In this document: one piece after another, positions 39,706 through 55,057 of the stretch
Position numbering within the stretch: position 1 is the stretch's first letter
Layout: each line of letters starts with the position of its first letter
DNA from: the human T2T-CHM13v2.0 reference genome, Homo sapiens
Length of the DNA stretch: 64,000 nucleotides
Strand: one strand, 5' to 3'
NCBI RefSeq assembly: GCF_009914755.1
Contig: NC_060930.1
Position numbers and translations under genes: made by a program
Notes under the pieces: generated by a model
The model's database searches: none
What the model was told of the DNA's origin: nothing
What the model saw: the letters and a program-made list of their open reading frames with translations, nothing else

Positions 39706-40589
39706 TAACAGGACACAGTTGGAGACACTGGTTATTTTACCATGGCTTTGACTGGAATTACATGTTTTTAGGCTGCTTTGAGAAATGGAGGTTGACCTAT
39801 GGAGCTGGTAAAAGCCCTTTGGAGAAACTGGCCTTGTGCCTTGTTCTGCACATGGTTCTTGGCCTGTGGTAAGTAAAGAATGTCATTTTCTGATGGATCC
39901 AGGAACTCCAAGTTATTCTGAGATCTCAATAAGAGATCTTAAATTCATATAGGTATCTACAGGCACAAATAAATCCTTGGCTAGACTATAGAGGCTTTTA
40001 TAAGGCCTAATCTGAGATTCCAATATAAAAGTCCCAGCAAAGCCAATTAAAAAATGTTTATATGACAAATAATTACTTTTACTGCATTGTATGCCAATAA
40101 TTAGGCAGAATCTAATGGAATTAGAGCTTATTTTGCAAATAAATTGGTCCTACTATGATTTTTCCTTGATAAAAAGGGGAAAATGAAGAGGAAAAAAGTT
40201 ATGTTTCAAGAGAAACTACAGTATAACTGTTACTAGAGCCCAATCTTATTTGCTGTTTTTAAATCTCTGCTGATGATTCCATATCTGATTGATTCTCAAG
40301 GTCATTCACCTGTATCCCTTAAGGCTTCAGGTCAGTTCCACAGGGATTCCTGAAACTAGGACTTTCATTCATTAAGTTGGGGCTCATTATTTATCATATA
40401 GTGTACTGTTCACTTATGTGCTGCATTAAATCTGTGTACAAATCCAGTAATGTTTTTGTTATTCACACCTTAGGACCCCAGCCAGGCACCTGTGAATACA
40501 TACAGACAACCGCAAAAGTTTCACTCCATTTACTCTGTGAGAAACTCCTATTCCAACTATGCCCCCTATCACAGGAAAAAGTTAGAGCA

Positions 40590-40904
<315 letters not shown>

Positions 40905-40983
40905 GTTAGAGCAGTCATTGGCCTTTTCCCATCTCAGTGGCTCACAACTCAGGAGTGAGGTGTGCTGAAGCCCAAGGAAGGAT

Positions 40984-41666
40984 TGAAACCACCTTTGCAA
41001 AATTATGAGAGTTGGAGAAATGTGACATAGTCATCTCCATCTTGTTTCTGATCTTCAAGCTGTCCTTGGTATTCCTGGGTGTAGGCCAAGCTAACTTTGG
41101 GAGAAATTTAGTGTACAGTTTAACTAGAAAGCAGAAATAATAATAGTTCCTCCCTAAAACTAACCCATTCCTTGCTCAAGGACTAAACACTGCCTCTGTT
41201 AAGACTAATAAAAGACTGCAAAAATAAGATTATGGGAGGGACGTGAAATCTGCTAAAATGTAGGCATAGTTTCTATAATCCTTTACTGCTCAGGAGTCAT
41301 GTGGTCAGAAGTCACAAGATTTGTGACTTCCCCAGTTGTTCCTATAGATAACATCACTATCATGGAACTGGAAATTGGTTTTTGAGATATTTTTCAGACT
41401 GACACCACTGGGACTCATGACTCATTACTCAGCTGGTCCTGTGGTCTCACCCAGAGGTGGCTCAACACATGAGGACTGTTTTCCTCACCCCTATGACTTC
41501 ATCCCCAGCCAATCAGTAGCATTCATCCCCTAGCCACCTACCTACCAAATTATCCATACAAAATCTTGCCTCTGAGCCTTCAGGGAGAGTGATTTAAGTG
41601 CTATAATTCCAGTTTTCTTGCATGGGTCAGTACTCATATCAATTAAACTCTTTATTGCAAAAAAAA
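40984..41666 (+). mobile_element. LTR8-family 3' LTR lacking U5 and ending in an A-tail
   Basis: Starts tgaaaccacctttgcaaaattat; gtcacaagatttgtgacttcccc; ATTAAA at 41642-41647, then ttattgc and A8 (41659-41666). Confidence 0.85.
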
Positions 41667-42277
41667 TGAAAATGACTAAGGTGCTCATACTATCCTGGAC
41701 TTCCACTAAAGAGACAGGTAATCTAAACAGCTCTGAAAATAAATAAATAAATGAACAAACAAATAAATACTTGAGGTTAACCTGGATCATGAGAAACTGT
41801 AGACACATACTTTAGTGACTGTAGGTGGCAGATTATGCTTTACTCTTAATTGTAGGTTATGAAGGACCTATCTACTGTAGAAACAATGACCAGAATTCAG
41901 ATGGGAAAGGCCTCAGTAAGAAGTAACATGGTCAAAGAAGACTTTCATGAAAAATATGTAGCTGAAGCAGGGTAGACAAGGATGAGACTTGGGCAGGGAG
42001 AGTGCAGCTAGGGATATCGTTTATGTTGTATAGATAAAACAGGTAAAGGTGTCTACTTGGAGATGAGATGATAAATAGGTTAAGATAAATCGGTTCCTTG
42101 ATGGCAAAATGACAGCAGAAAGAACAAAATAAAAGTAAATTGTAAAAGCTATCATAAATACTATGAGATGCAGTGCTGTAAACAAAAAAAAAAAAGAGGA
42201 GGTGAAGTTAGTATAAGAAAACGTTGTATTTCCATTTGGGTGTGTTTTGGAGGTGACTGAAGCAGGCTATTCTAAAG

Positions 42278-42744
42278 CAGGGGTCCCCAAACCCTGAGCC
42301 ACAGACCAGTAACAAAGCTTCATCTGTATTTACAGCTACTCTCCATGGCTTGCATTACCACCTGAGCTTTGCTTCCTGTCACATCAATGACAGCATTAGA
42401 TTCTCATAGGAACACAAAACCTATTAGGAACTGTACATGTGAGGGATCTTGGATGCATGCTTCTTAAGACAATCTAATGCCTGGTGATCTGTCACTATCT
42501 CCTATCACCCCCAGATGGGATCATCTAGTTGTAGGAAAACAACCTTAGGGATCCCACTGATTCTATATTATGGTGAGTTGTATAATTATTTCTTTATATG
42601 TTACAACGGAATAATAATTTAAATAATGTGCATAATAAATACAATGCATTTCAATCATCCCCAAACCATCCTCCCTACCTGGTCTGTGGAAAAATTTTCT
42701 TCCATGAAAAAAGTCCCTGGTGCCAAAGAGGTTGGGGACCACTG
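42278..42744 (+). mobile_element. MER1A (hAT-Charlie non-autonomous DNA transposon)
   Basis: TIRs caggggtccccaa / ttggggaccactg; 8-bp TSD ttctaaag/ttctaaaa. Confidence 0.9.
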
Positions 42745-43779
42745 TTCTAAAAGAATTACTTGTAGGCAGGGGGATATCCACCTACTGCATTTTTAGAATG
42801 GGAAATCATGACAAGTATATATGTAAAATAGTACCCAGGGACGTGATATTTGAAGCTATAAAAACAGTCTCCATAAGAGAAAGATTATATAGAAAAATGC
42901 ACAGACATCTTGAAACAGATAATGAGGAGAAATAAGAACCTATGGAGGTTTTAGAAAGATAGGATGAGAAATCTTCATATTATAGTGCCGTGGGATATTT
43001 GGAAAGCCTACAAAGCTGGAGGGGATGGGTGTCATGTAGTAGGTTAGAAACAATATGGAAGCCACTGTAAACAATGCCTTGATATAATAGGTTGTAATAG
43101 TCTTTTATTAGCTAATAAACTAAAAGGACTATATTTTAAATAAAAAATGAACTTTAAGAGTATCATTGTAAAGTTTACAGCTTTGGCTTATATGAAAATT
43201 GAATATGCAGAAGATGAGGACTGGCTCTGTATGTTTGGAAGCCTGCATGCTAAATTATTTATACATAATTAAAATGAACAAATCAAATGAAGAATTTACC
43301 ATTCACACATCCCTAATAAATAAATAGCTGGTTATGTGGGAATATAGGAAAATATATTATAAATACAAATGATTTTCAAATGAGAAGCAGTTGACTTCAT
43401 TCTTTTTTTAAATGGATAATTGCTGATATCAAACGCAGTTTGTGTAAATTTCACTCAAACACACTAAGTTGGGAAGAATTATGAAATGTGTAAAGCACAG
43501 AGTGATTAGAATATATTGTTTAAATAACTTGTGACAATTTTTCTAAGGATGAATCTCCACACATCTTTTATAAAGGGACTCTAAGCATTGACACTCTAGC
43601 AATTATTTTGTTAGAACTATGTTATATGATTATTTTATCTCTTACCAAAATTCTACCTAATAGAAGATTGGGAAACGGTTTAAACAGGAGCTCATTTCAA
43701 CCATTCTAGTTATCTCTTCTGAGAGTCTTCATCCATTATATTTTTTACAATGACAAGTATGTAATTTTACTCATTATAC

Positions 43780-44645
<866 letters not shown>

Positions 44646-44986
44646 TATCCTTAGAATTTCATTTTTGTTCTTATTGTGTTTTGTTTACAGTTATTTTTTG
44701 AGATGAATTAATTTACAGTAATGCACAAAAATCTTAAGTGTCCAATTCTATGAGTTTTGAAAAACACATAAATCCGGGTAACTCACTCTTATTTATGTAA
44801 AAGAACATTTTTCTCATTTTCTGTCCCTTCCCAATCAACCTTCACCTCTAAGGTTCTAATTATTTGCACTAAAATTTAGTTTTGCCTTTTGTAGAAATGC
44901 CTATAAATGGAAATATTCATTAAGTACTAACATGTGCTCAGCTTCTCAAGCCCAAAATATCTCTGAGATTCCTCCACCTTATTGCA

Positions 44987-45359
44987 TGTATTAGTCTGTT
45001 CTCACACTGCTTTAAATAAAGGCCCGAGAATGGGTAATTTTATGAAGAAAAGAGGTTTAATTTACTCTCAGTTCACAAGGCTGAGGAGGCCTCAAAAAAG
45101 TTGCAATCATGGCAGAAGGCACCTCTTCACAGGGCGGCAGGGGAGAGAATGAAAGCAGGAGGAGCTACCAAACATTTATAACACTATCAGATTCAGATCT
45201 CAGGGGAACTCACTATCAAAAGAACAGCATAGGGGAAACTGTCCCCATGATCCAATTACCTCCACTTGGTCTCTCCCTTGACACATGGGGACTATGGGGG
45301 TTATGGGGATTATAATTCAAGATGAGATTTGGATTGGGACACAAAGCCTAACCATATCA
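44987..45359 (-). mobile_element. THE1C/D-type MaLR solo LTR
   Basis: tgtattagtctgttctcacactgct...gatccaattacctcc...accatatca; 5-bp TSD ttgca/ttgcc. Confidence 0.9.
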
Positions 45360-45530
45360 TTGCCTGTAACAGTAGTTTATTCCTTTCAATTGTTGATTAG
45401 TATACAATGGTAAGAATATACTCTGATTTCTCAGTCCACTGTCCTGCTGATGAACATTTAGATTGCTTCCACTTGTTGTCTATTGAATAAAACTGCTTTA
45501 AATACTATCATATGAGTCATTTGGGGAACA

Positions 45531-45533
45531 TAC

Positions 45534-45580
<47 letters not shown>
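45531..45580. repeat. (TA)n microsatellite, about 20 pure units
   Basis: Directly visible. Confidence 0.95.
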
Positions 45581-45584
<4 letters not shown>

Positions 45585-45987
45585 GTTTATTTCTCTTGGG
45601 CAAATAATTTGGGCATATATCTCCTTGGGCATATATTTTGTTTTCTCTTGAGTAGAACTACTGAGTCTTAGAGGTAGGTATGTGTTTGATATGAGAAATA
45701 ACTGATAAGCCACTCTCCTACGTGTTTTTAATATTTTGCATTCCCACCTGCGATGTTTTAGAGGGTTGCAGCTATTCCTATATACATGAACATTTCATAT
45801 CATCATTTTTGCTTGTTTGTTTCAGCGATTCTAGTTGTCCTAATTTGCATTTCCCTTATGATTAGTGATGTTCCATGATTCATGTGCTCTTAGGCCACCT
45901 GTAAGTCTTCCTTATGAAGTGGGTGTGCATTTATTTCAGTTTTAGAAACTATTTGTAGATATATATGTATATATACATATATATATA

Positions 45988-46294
45988 TTTTTTTTTTTTT
46001 TTTTTGAGACAGTCTTTCTGTTGCCCAGGCTGGAATGCAGTGGCATGATCTTGGCTCACTGCAACCTATACCTCCCGGGTTGAAGTGATTCTCCTGCCTC
46101 AGCCTCCCGAATAGTTGGGATTACAGTGCCCACCGCCACGCCCAGCTTATTTATTCATTTTATTTTTTTATTTTAGTAGAGACGGTGTTTCACCATTTTG
46201 GACAGGCTGGCCTCGAACTCCTGACCTCAAGTGATCTGCACGCCTCAGCCTCCCAAAGTGCTGGGATTAAAAAAGTGAGCCACATCCCCCAGCC
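45988..46294 (-). mobile_element. AluSx-like SINE
   Basis: T tail, ctcctgacctcaagtgatc, ctcccaaagtgctggga. Confidence 0.92.
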
Positions 46295-46611
46295 TATTTA
46301 TATATTTTGAATATAAGTCCTTTGTTACATGTATCTTTGCAAGTATTTTTTTCACCATATGTGACTCACCTGTTTATTTTTCTTGGCAGTGTTTTTTGAT
46401 GAGAAAATGCTTTTGTTTTTTAAAAAGTCTATGTTTACTTTTGTTCTTTTAAAGTTACTGCTGTATATAAACTTAGAAATATTTGTCTATCCCTGTGTCA
46501 CAAAGATATTTCCATTATGTTTTCTTCTGGAAACTTTTTTAGATTTTATGTTTAAAGCATAATCCATCTTAAGTCAATTATTCTATATGGTGTGAGGTAG
46601 ATCCCAAAGTT

Positions 46612-46688
46612 TATATATATATAGACATATATATATATAGACACACACACACATATATACACATACATATATATGTGTATGTATATAT
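46612..46688. repeat. (TA)/(CA) compound microsatellite
   Basis: Directly visible. Confidence 0.85.
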
Positions 46689-49129
46689 TCAGCATTATTT
46701 GTTGAAAATATTTTTCATTTTCTATTGAATATGGGAATAGATACTTTATTTCTTTGACCTATTTGCTTATCCTATGTCAATCTTATACTGCCTTTTTAGT
46801 AACCCTTAAAATCAGGTAGCACTTGTTTCACAATTTGTGTTTTGTTTTGCCTTTATTTCAAGATTGTTTTGGCTGTTTGAGAATCTTTGCAGTTTCATAT
46901 GTATTTTAGAAATAGCTTGTAAATTTCTATTTTAAAACATACTTGAATTATCATTGGGATAACAGTTATCAATTTAAGAATATTGAATCTTCTGATCTAG
47001 GAACTTTTGGATATTTGTCAATGTATGTAACACTCATTAATTTATCATAGCAAAGTTTTATCGTTTTCAGCATAAGAGTATGAAATGGGTTTGGTTAAAA
47101 TTATTCTTAAGTGTTTTATCATTTTTCTTGTTATTATGAGTAGAATAGTATTTTTCTGAATTTTACCCTTTATTTATTTCCTTCTAGTATACAGAAATAT
47201 AATTGATATTTATTTATTGACTTTGTATTCACTAATTCAAATACCCAATGCTACATTCCAATCTCATGCTTAGGATTCTATACCCCTTAGATTTGTGTTT
47301 TTTATAGCACTAGAGATTTCACATCCATATTGCCATAACGATGTGTTTTCTTTTGTGATTTTGATTAAATAAGAACTTAATTGAGAGATATGACATAATA
47401 TCAATGCTGTGCTATTCTAACCTAGATAAAACCTTAATCTTAATAATTTTGATTAATTATATTGCAATTCTTATAGTGCTAGATATCATATCTACATATA
47501 CACACACTCAAATATAAATATATACATATATGCATATAATATCGTTATATATACAACATGGTATATAAACATACTAATATATAAACACATTCTTATACAA
47601 GTATATCATATATATGTTTCAAACACACACATATATAATAAACACTAAATAAATAACTATAATTGTAGCTTATTGAGTAGTTCTGAGAAAACTGCTTACC
47701 TTTCCTTGCGTGCAAATAAATGTAACAATTTTAATCTGTACTAGGAAGGTTACTAATGTTATTAAATATAATTAAATTTATTTAGATAATTGGAGCTAAG
47801 TGTTTATGTATTTACCGTATTAATTAATATCAAAATACAATATTTTACTATCTCCTCAAAGTGCGGCTTCGACTGCTAATTTTTCTTTTGCTGAAATAGT
47901 GCAGTGGAAAGTATATTGAAAACCTTGTATATGACCTTTATTCAGATTTGTTTTTAAACTAAGAAGGTTAGAATTGCATATTGCTTTGCTTGAACTAGAG
48001 CTTTGGTGTTTTATATTGTTATTATTTTATGTAAATACCTTTGATGGTAGGGAGTATTTATAAGGTTTTTATATGATTAGCTCCAAGGTTGTTTTCATAA
48101 TGAGACAGAAATGTAATGTCAAGGGCTAAAATCCTGATTATACAGTTTTTCTGCTTTTGTTTTCAAATATTTTTATTTTATTAAGAGGATTTGTGCTTGC
48201 CCAAATACTCTTGATGCCTAAGTCTGTCACGTTGTCTTTCAAGGATTCTAAGACCACGTAATTAACAATGGGAAAAGTTCTTATTGGAACGGCATTCCGA
48301 TCATCTGTTCGTTTACTCTATGGTTAGACATTCTGTAGAATGTAATGAATACTATCTTTCCTTCCCCACTCCTCCTTTCTCTCATGCTGTGATGATCCCT
48401 AAAAGAAAGCAAAAATGTGCTGATGTAATTACAGGTTCAGGGTAATAGCTATAGGAGTTTAATGCAGTTTCTTACGCTTCTAAGGATATAAGCCTCTCAA
48501 TCACAGTTTGAATTATCCAATGGTTATTTTAATTTGTTCTTATGAATTGAAGATTTTTTCTTCCTTTCTAGTTTTTGAAATATAAAATGTGCTCTGTGGA
48601 CATCTTACCTTTTCATTCAAAGTATATACTCTACTCTAAAGCAGGTGTAAAATTTTAGTCTATTTTTGTGAAAAATGAGGTAACACTTTTTAATATGCAT
48701 CTTAGCAACTAATACTGAAACACATTCTTACATCTTTGTGAACTTTACAAGTCATGACTTAATTAAAATATAAAGCCATCATTAATATCAAATGCTTTGG
48801 AGTCAAAATAATGTTATCTTTATGGCATTTTCTTATGTACTGAACAATATGATAATGAGCAGATAGTAGATGCAGAGTAGAAAGTGATGATTTAATGACA
48901 CTCCTTGTCCCTTCATCCTTTAATATGGTTGACTTCTCTGAAACTGTTTTGTTTAGGTTTATATCTCTTTGCTCTGCATTCTATCTAGAATGTATATTTG
49001 CTTGTCATTATTTATAAGTAGACCAAATCTACTTTCCCTGGCAGTTAGTCCCCACCCCAGCATAGCATGTATTGTTATTCCTTTTGCTTTTAATATTCAA
49101 CTATTTTTTAAAGATTAAAAATGGAAAAG

Positions 49130-51205
49130 TATGTCTTTTTTATATTCATGGAAATATTAACCACCTATATGGCTATTTATTTTTGTGGGAAGATCTGAAT
49201 TTCCATTTGGTGTCATGTTATTTCTGCCTAAAGATCTTGCTTTAACCTGTCTTATATTGCAAGTCTGTTGGCAATAGTTTCAGCTATTGATTTCCAGAAA
49301 GAGTCTTTATTTGTTTTTATTTCAGAAAGGTATGTGTACTGGGCATAGTTGCTAGGGTGGCAAGGTTTTTTGTTTTGTTTTGCTTTTTACAACATATAAA
49401 TGCATTGCTATAGTTTTTCTTTCTTGCAAAGTTTCTGACAAGAAGTTGGCTATAATTTTTATTTGTGTTTCTCTATACATAATATGTCTTTTTCCTCTGG
49501 CTGTTTTAAAGATGTTTTTACTTGTTTTTGGCAATTTAATTATGAGGTGCCTTACTGTTTTTACATGGAGTGTTTACTTGGGCCTCTTTGCTTGGTGGAT
49601 TTATATTTTCCATCACATTTGGAAAAGTTTTGACCATTAATCTTCCAAACTTTTTTTTTGTCTCTGTCTCTCTCTCTCTCTTTTCTTTCTGAAACTCCAA
49701 AATATTAGATTTTTCTATATGATTCTGCACACCATTGATGCTCTGTTTGTTTATTTATTTCAATCTTTATTTTCTCTTTGGTTTTTATTTTCTATAGTTT
49801 ATATTAGTGTAGAGTTGACCCTCGAATAACACAGGTTTGAACTGCACAGGTTCACTTATAAGTGGATTTTCTCTCACTCTGCCACCGCTGAGACAGCAAG
49901 ACCAAACCCTTCTCTTCCTCCTCCTCAGCCTACTCAATGTGAAAATAACGGGGATGAAGACTTTTATGATAATCCACTTTCACTTAAAAAATTATAAATA
50001 CAATTTTTTCTTCCTTGTGATTTTCTTATCTCTATCCTACTTTATTGTTACTGTAAAAATAACAGTATATAATACACATAACATACAAAAAATATGTTCA
50101 TTGTTTATGTTATTGGTAAGGCTTCCAGTTAATGGTAGGCCATTAGTAATTAAGTTTTTGGAGAGTCAAAAGTTATATGTAGATTTTCAACTGCACAGGG
50201 GTCAGATCAGTGTCCCCAAGCCCAGTGTTGTTAAACTGTATTTTCAAACCCTTCTGCTGTTAATCTAATTTGCTGGTATGCCATTCACTATCTTTTCATT
50301 TTAGATACTGTGTTTTTCTTCATAGGAGCTCATCTGGGTCATATATTATCTCAATGATTTGATCTTTCTTCTTGAATATATGGAGTATATTTACAATAGC
50401 TATTTTAAGATCATCTCTATCATTTTGGGGCCTGTTTTTATTGATTATGTTTTCTTCTCCTTATAGGTCACATTCTTCTGCCTCTTGTTGTATTTTTATT
50501 TGATTCTAGACATTGTGAAGATTGCATTGCACTGTTGTTTTCTGTATTTCGTGATTTTGTTTACCTAGGGTTCAGCTTTGTCTAGCAGGCAATTAAGTTA
50601 CTTGGAATCAGTTTGACAGCATTAAGCTGTTTTTTTAGGCAGGGCGAAACTAGAGCATCTTTTAGTATGGGATTAATTAAATCTCACTCCTAAAATGATA
50701 TCATCTGGGACCCTTTCCAATACTTTGTGGGCTATGAGGTCTTTTCACTTTGGGTAGTGAGGTTGTAAACTGTCCCCAGCCCAGGTGAACTACTGGATGT
50801 TTTTGGCTATTGCTTTCCAAAGTTATTTTTCTAGCCTTAGGTAGTTTCCTCTTACAAAGGCACAGATAATTACTTAGCCAAAGGTTTGAGGAATCCCTTC
50901 TTTAGACCTCCAAAACTCTCTTCTCTCTGATAGTTAGCTTCTCAAATTTCTTAGGTTTGGACTCTCTGACTCTTAGCTTCTCATTCCTCAAGTTAAGCAC
51001 AACTATTAGGCTCTGTTGGCATATCCTCTGTCTCTACTGTGGCCTGCTAATTACTTCCATAGAGTACAAAATTGTGGGGCTCACCTTTTTGCTCCCCTTT
51101 TTTCCAAGGAACAAAACCCTGATACTGCCTGTTATCCAATGTCTAAAAGCATTGTTTCATGTATTTTTGTCTAGTTTCCTAATTGTTTAAAGAGAGAGGG
51201 AAAAT
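49130..51205 (-). mobile_element. Old L1M 5' region (ORF1 remnant), interrupted by Tigger2a
   Basis: ORF-track peptides IFKTARGKRHIMYRETQIKIIANFLSETLQ and KTFPNVMENINP resemble L1 ORF1p. Confidence 0.72.
49812..50238 (+). mobile_element. Tigger2a/MER28-type DNA transposon
   Basis: gttgaccctcgaataacacaggtttgaactgc...gagacagcaagacca...gtcaaaagttatatgtagattttcaactgc; TA on both flanks. Confidence 0.87.
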
Positions 51206-51959
51206 CCACCCCATCGTGGCTGAGGATCCTGCAGGATTACACTTACGGGACCCAAACAGGGTTCTTATTTAAAATGACATTTATTCTACTTTCACTAATT
51301 GCCACTAAATACAGAACTTTGTTCAGCTGCTTTGCAAATATTTACCTTCAATTTTTTAGAGGTTTTAATCCACCCTATGTATGTTTATTTATGGATAAAA
51401 CTGATCTTTTGCCTTGAGATTGTGTTGTTGCTCAGCTGAAAAGTTTTTGTATATTCTCAATGTTGGCACTTAACTGCAGAAAAAATTGTGCCAAATATTT
51501 TTAAAACCCCCCCCCCTTTTTTTTTTTTTTTTGCTTAGACTTTTCTCTGAAAAGTAAATCAAGAGCTGAGAATGCGACTCTGGAATCCACACACCATTAG
51601 TGACTGCTCTTTCTCCTAGCTTCCCTGAATTTGTGTGATTATCACATAATTTATTTGAGGTGTCCACAGTCAAGCCCACTGTGAGCTTAATTCAATGTCT
51701 TTAGAAAAGGATCTGTCTCTGGGAAGATGGCCTCAGGAGAACAGAAAATGCCTTAACACCAAAGAGTGTCCTCTTACTCCATGCTGATGTTGCCCCTGCT
51801 CCAGGTAAGCAGTATGACCCTTTTGACTATCCAAGGTCTTTGGTATAACTGTATGTGGAAGCTCTACCCTAAACTTTCAGTTTTGTGGACCTAGAATATT
51901 CTTTAAGAGAGATTTCTTAAAGTGAGCTATTTACTTTAAAAACTCTCCCATTTAAAAAA

Positions 51960-52990
51960 TTATAAGACACTAAAAATAAATTTCAAAGAAGGTACACAGA
52001 TTATAAATAAGCATAGGAAAAGATGTTTCACATCATGTCACCAGGGAAATGCAAATAAAAACAACAATGAGATACTGCTATAGGCCTAGTAGAAAGGCTG
52101 AATGTAAAACAGACACCAAATACTGGCAAGAATGTAGAGCAGCAGGAACTCTCACTGCTCATGGGAATCCAAAATCATACAACCACACTGGAAGATAGTG
52201 CAGCAGTTTCTTAAGAAATTAACCACACTCTTACTATATGGTCCGGTTATCATACTCCTTGATATTAGCCCAAAGGAGTTGCAAACTCAGGTTCACACAA
52301 AAACCCGCAAATTGATATTTATAGCAGCTTTATTCATAATTGCAAAGACTTGGAAGTAACCAAGATGTTCTTCAGTAGGTGAACGGATAAATAAACTGTA
52401 GTACACCCAGACAATAAAAATATATGAACTATTGAGCCAAGGAAAGACAAGGGAGACATTTAAATGCATATTACTAAGTTAAAAAAGCCCATCTGAAAAT
52501 GCCATATGCAAGATGATTTCAACTATATTATATTGAGGAAAAGGCAAAACTATGGAGAAAATAAAAAGATCAGTGGTTGCCAGGTGCTACAGTGAGGAAA
52601 AGATGAACAAGGGAGCATAGACAATTTTCAGGGCAGTGAAAATTATTTGTATGTTACTATAATTATAGAGACATGTCATTATACATTTGTCCAAACTCAT
52701 AGAATGTGCAGCACCAAGACTGAGCCCTTGTGTAGACTATGGTTTCACTGATAATGATGATATTATAAACAATCATTTCACTGATAATGATGGGTCAGTG
52801 TAGATTCATGAACTGTAGAATATGTACCACTCTTCAGGGGAATACTGATAATGGGCAGGCCATGTATGTGTGGAGGTAGAAGATACATGGGAAATCTCTG
52901 TACTGTCCCTCAATGTTTCTGTGAAATTAAAACTGTTCTTAAAAAGTAAAGTCTTCATTAAAAACCTGAAATAAAAATAAATAAATATAA
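51960..52990 (+). mobile_element. L1MC1/2-like 3' end
   Basis: agggaaatgcaaataaaaacaacaatgagata, agcagctttattcataattgc, atgggaaatctctgtact, A-rich tail. Confidence 0.85.
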
Positions 52991-53261
52991 AATATCATAA
53001 ACCTATGTTTTAGTACTGTATGTTTTCCCAATGCAGAATATCAGTTGTTTGGTTTCTGTGGAGGAGGTAGTTTGAAAACTGTCCACCCACACCCAACGGC
53101 ACACAGGGCATGAACCTGAGCCTGCAATAAACATTCATGAAATTTTTGGTGTCTAAGGAAACAAAATGTGAACTCTTAGGCACAGAGAATCTCACAAACA
53201 ATGAATAGTACCAAAGTATGTGTAACACTTTGCTGACTTAAAACCAAACTTATTATGGAAA

Positions 53262-53470
53262 TATTGTGTGGTAGTTGAGGACATGGGCTTTTCTAAACAG
53301 TCTGATTAATATTCTAGCTCTCTTGAGGCCTTGATCATGTTTCACATCTCTAAATATTATCAATGGTGCCTTCCAAATTGGGTTGTTAGAGAAAGTGCAA
53401 GACATAATTGTTCATGTTGTGCTTAGCACAGTATCAGTCACTATCAGTTCAATAAATGTTAGCTTTGTGA
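53262..53470 (+). mobile_element. MIR remnant
   Basis: gtgtggtagttgaggacatgggct...gtgcttagcacagtat...ttcaataaatgttagct. Confidence 0.65.
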
Positions 53471-54594
53471 ATAGAAATCATAATTGCCATCATTATCATT
53501 GCCTTCGTTGCCATTGTCATCATCATCATTATTATAGCTAACACAATATGTTAAATGGGTTAATTATACATTATTTATTGAATTCCTAAGATATATTCCA
53601 CTGTTCTAGGCACTGCATTAAACTTTTCAGCGCTAGGACTCATATAACAAAACATGAAGTTTAATATCTATAAATATATAAGCACACACATATAGTTCGT
53701 CAGAACTAATTATTTTGTATTGTCAAATGGTAAAACAAGGTTATAGTAGCTGTTCATATTAACAATAACATTTTTACATTTCAGCAAGAGACATATACAT
53801 AAAAATTCTTTAGCTAAATTTAGTTTTGAGAAGGGTGAGTGACATCTCTCTGGAAAAAAAAATAGATACTTTTTTTTAAGTCCATAATGACAGGTTTGGA
53901 AGGGAGGGATATGCTGTCACTTTTTCCTGAATGGTGTACAGGGAGTAGAACACCCATGAAGCTGGAAATCTGTTGAGAAGGTCTATCAGATTGAATGACT
54001 TGGATTCCTCTCTCTGCTCCTGGAAGAACTAGTGATCACATGACTGATAAGGCTCATTTGGGAGTTAGCATTTTGTTAAGCGTTTAGTAGTTCACAAATA
54101 CTTCTTCCCCAGAAATGAAAGAGTACATTCCTTTGCCCACACTTCTTCCTCCAATTCTGTCCTAAGCACTCCTGGTGCTCTTATCCTGTTAATAGTTGTC
54201 ATTTGCCCCTTCAGTTTACACTTTTGCTTTGCACTCTCCACCACACATAGCTGTAGGAGAGTGGAACTTCAGATAAGTTTAAACTTTATTCATTTGTGAC
54301 AAAATTATTAACACCACACTAATCATTATAAAAATCTAATTAGATACCAAGATTAATTATCCTTTTACCTCTGCCTTCTAATTACAGATCTTAATCAAAG
54401 CCTGGCATGGTGTTGAAAATATAATTCATTGTCTGATTGCCTGAGAATCCTCAAACACCTTTCCTACTTTTTGTCCTGCAAGGTGTTATGGAGAGTCTTT
54501 CATAAACTTATTTTCTATATGGTTATAACTTTCTAGCACCTATGTATAGAGATGTCCTTGCTGGGTCAGAGGAAACGAGGGTCACATAAGAGCC

Positions 54595-54956
54595 TATATT
54601 AGTCCGTTTTCACACCGCTGATAAAGACATACCCAAGACTGGGAAGAAAAAGAGGTTTAATGGACTTACAGTTCCACATGGGTGTGGCGGCCTCACAATC
54701 ATGGTGGGAGGCAAGGAGGAGCAAGTCACATCTTACATGGATGGCAGCAGGCAAAGAGAGAAAAACTTGTGCAGGGAAACTCCCATTTTTAAAACCATCA
54801 GATCTTGTAAGACTTATTCACTATCATAAGAACAGCACAGAAAAGACTCACCCCTGATTCAATTACCTCCCACCGAGTTCCTCCCACAACATGTGGGAAT
54901 TGTGGGAGTTACAATTCAAGATAAGATTTGGGTGGGGACACACCCAAACTGTATCA
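54595..54956 (-). mobile_element. THE1B-type MaLR solo LTR
   Basis: attagtccgttttcacaccgctgataaagacatacccaagactggg...gagcaagtcacatcttacatggatggcagcaggcaaagag. Confidence 0.92.
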
Positions 54957-55057
54957 GTGACTATTTTCTTCCTTTTGTAACCTTCTATCTTTTTACTTTT
55001 CCTCTATCAGAGCCCATAACCTATATCCCCCTTCTCAATTACTGCTGAATACCATCT

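Larger units (their letters stand above)
44690..47240 (-). mobile_element. Old L1M (MC/MD-like) 3' region, interrupted by a THE1 LTR, an Alu and TA repeats
   Basis: aatcttaagtgtccaattctatgagttttga, tttgcattcccacc, ctaatttgcatttcccttatgattagtgatgtt, ttcaagattgttttggct. Confidence 0.75.

Noticed and set aside
49837-50268. Longest ORF (143 aa)
   Set aside because: Lies within a non-autonomous Tigger2a relic, starts at TTG and has no transposase motifs.
52743-52792. 17-bp direct repeat tttcactgataatgatg with a 16-nt spacer (CRISPR-like at a glance); similar pairs at 62911-62958 and 16831-16854
   Set aside because: Only two copies, eukaryotic context; ordinary micro-duplications.
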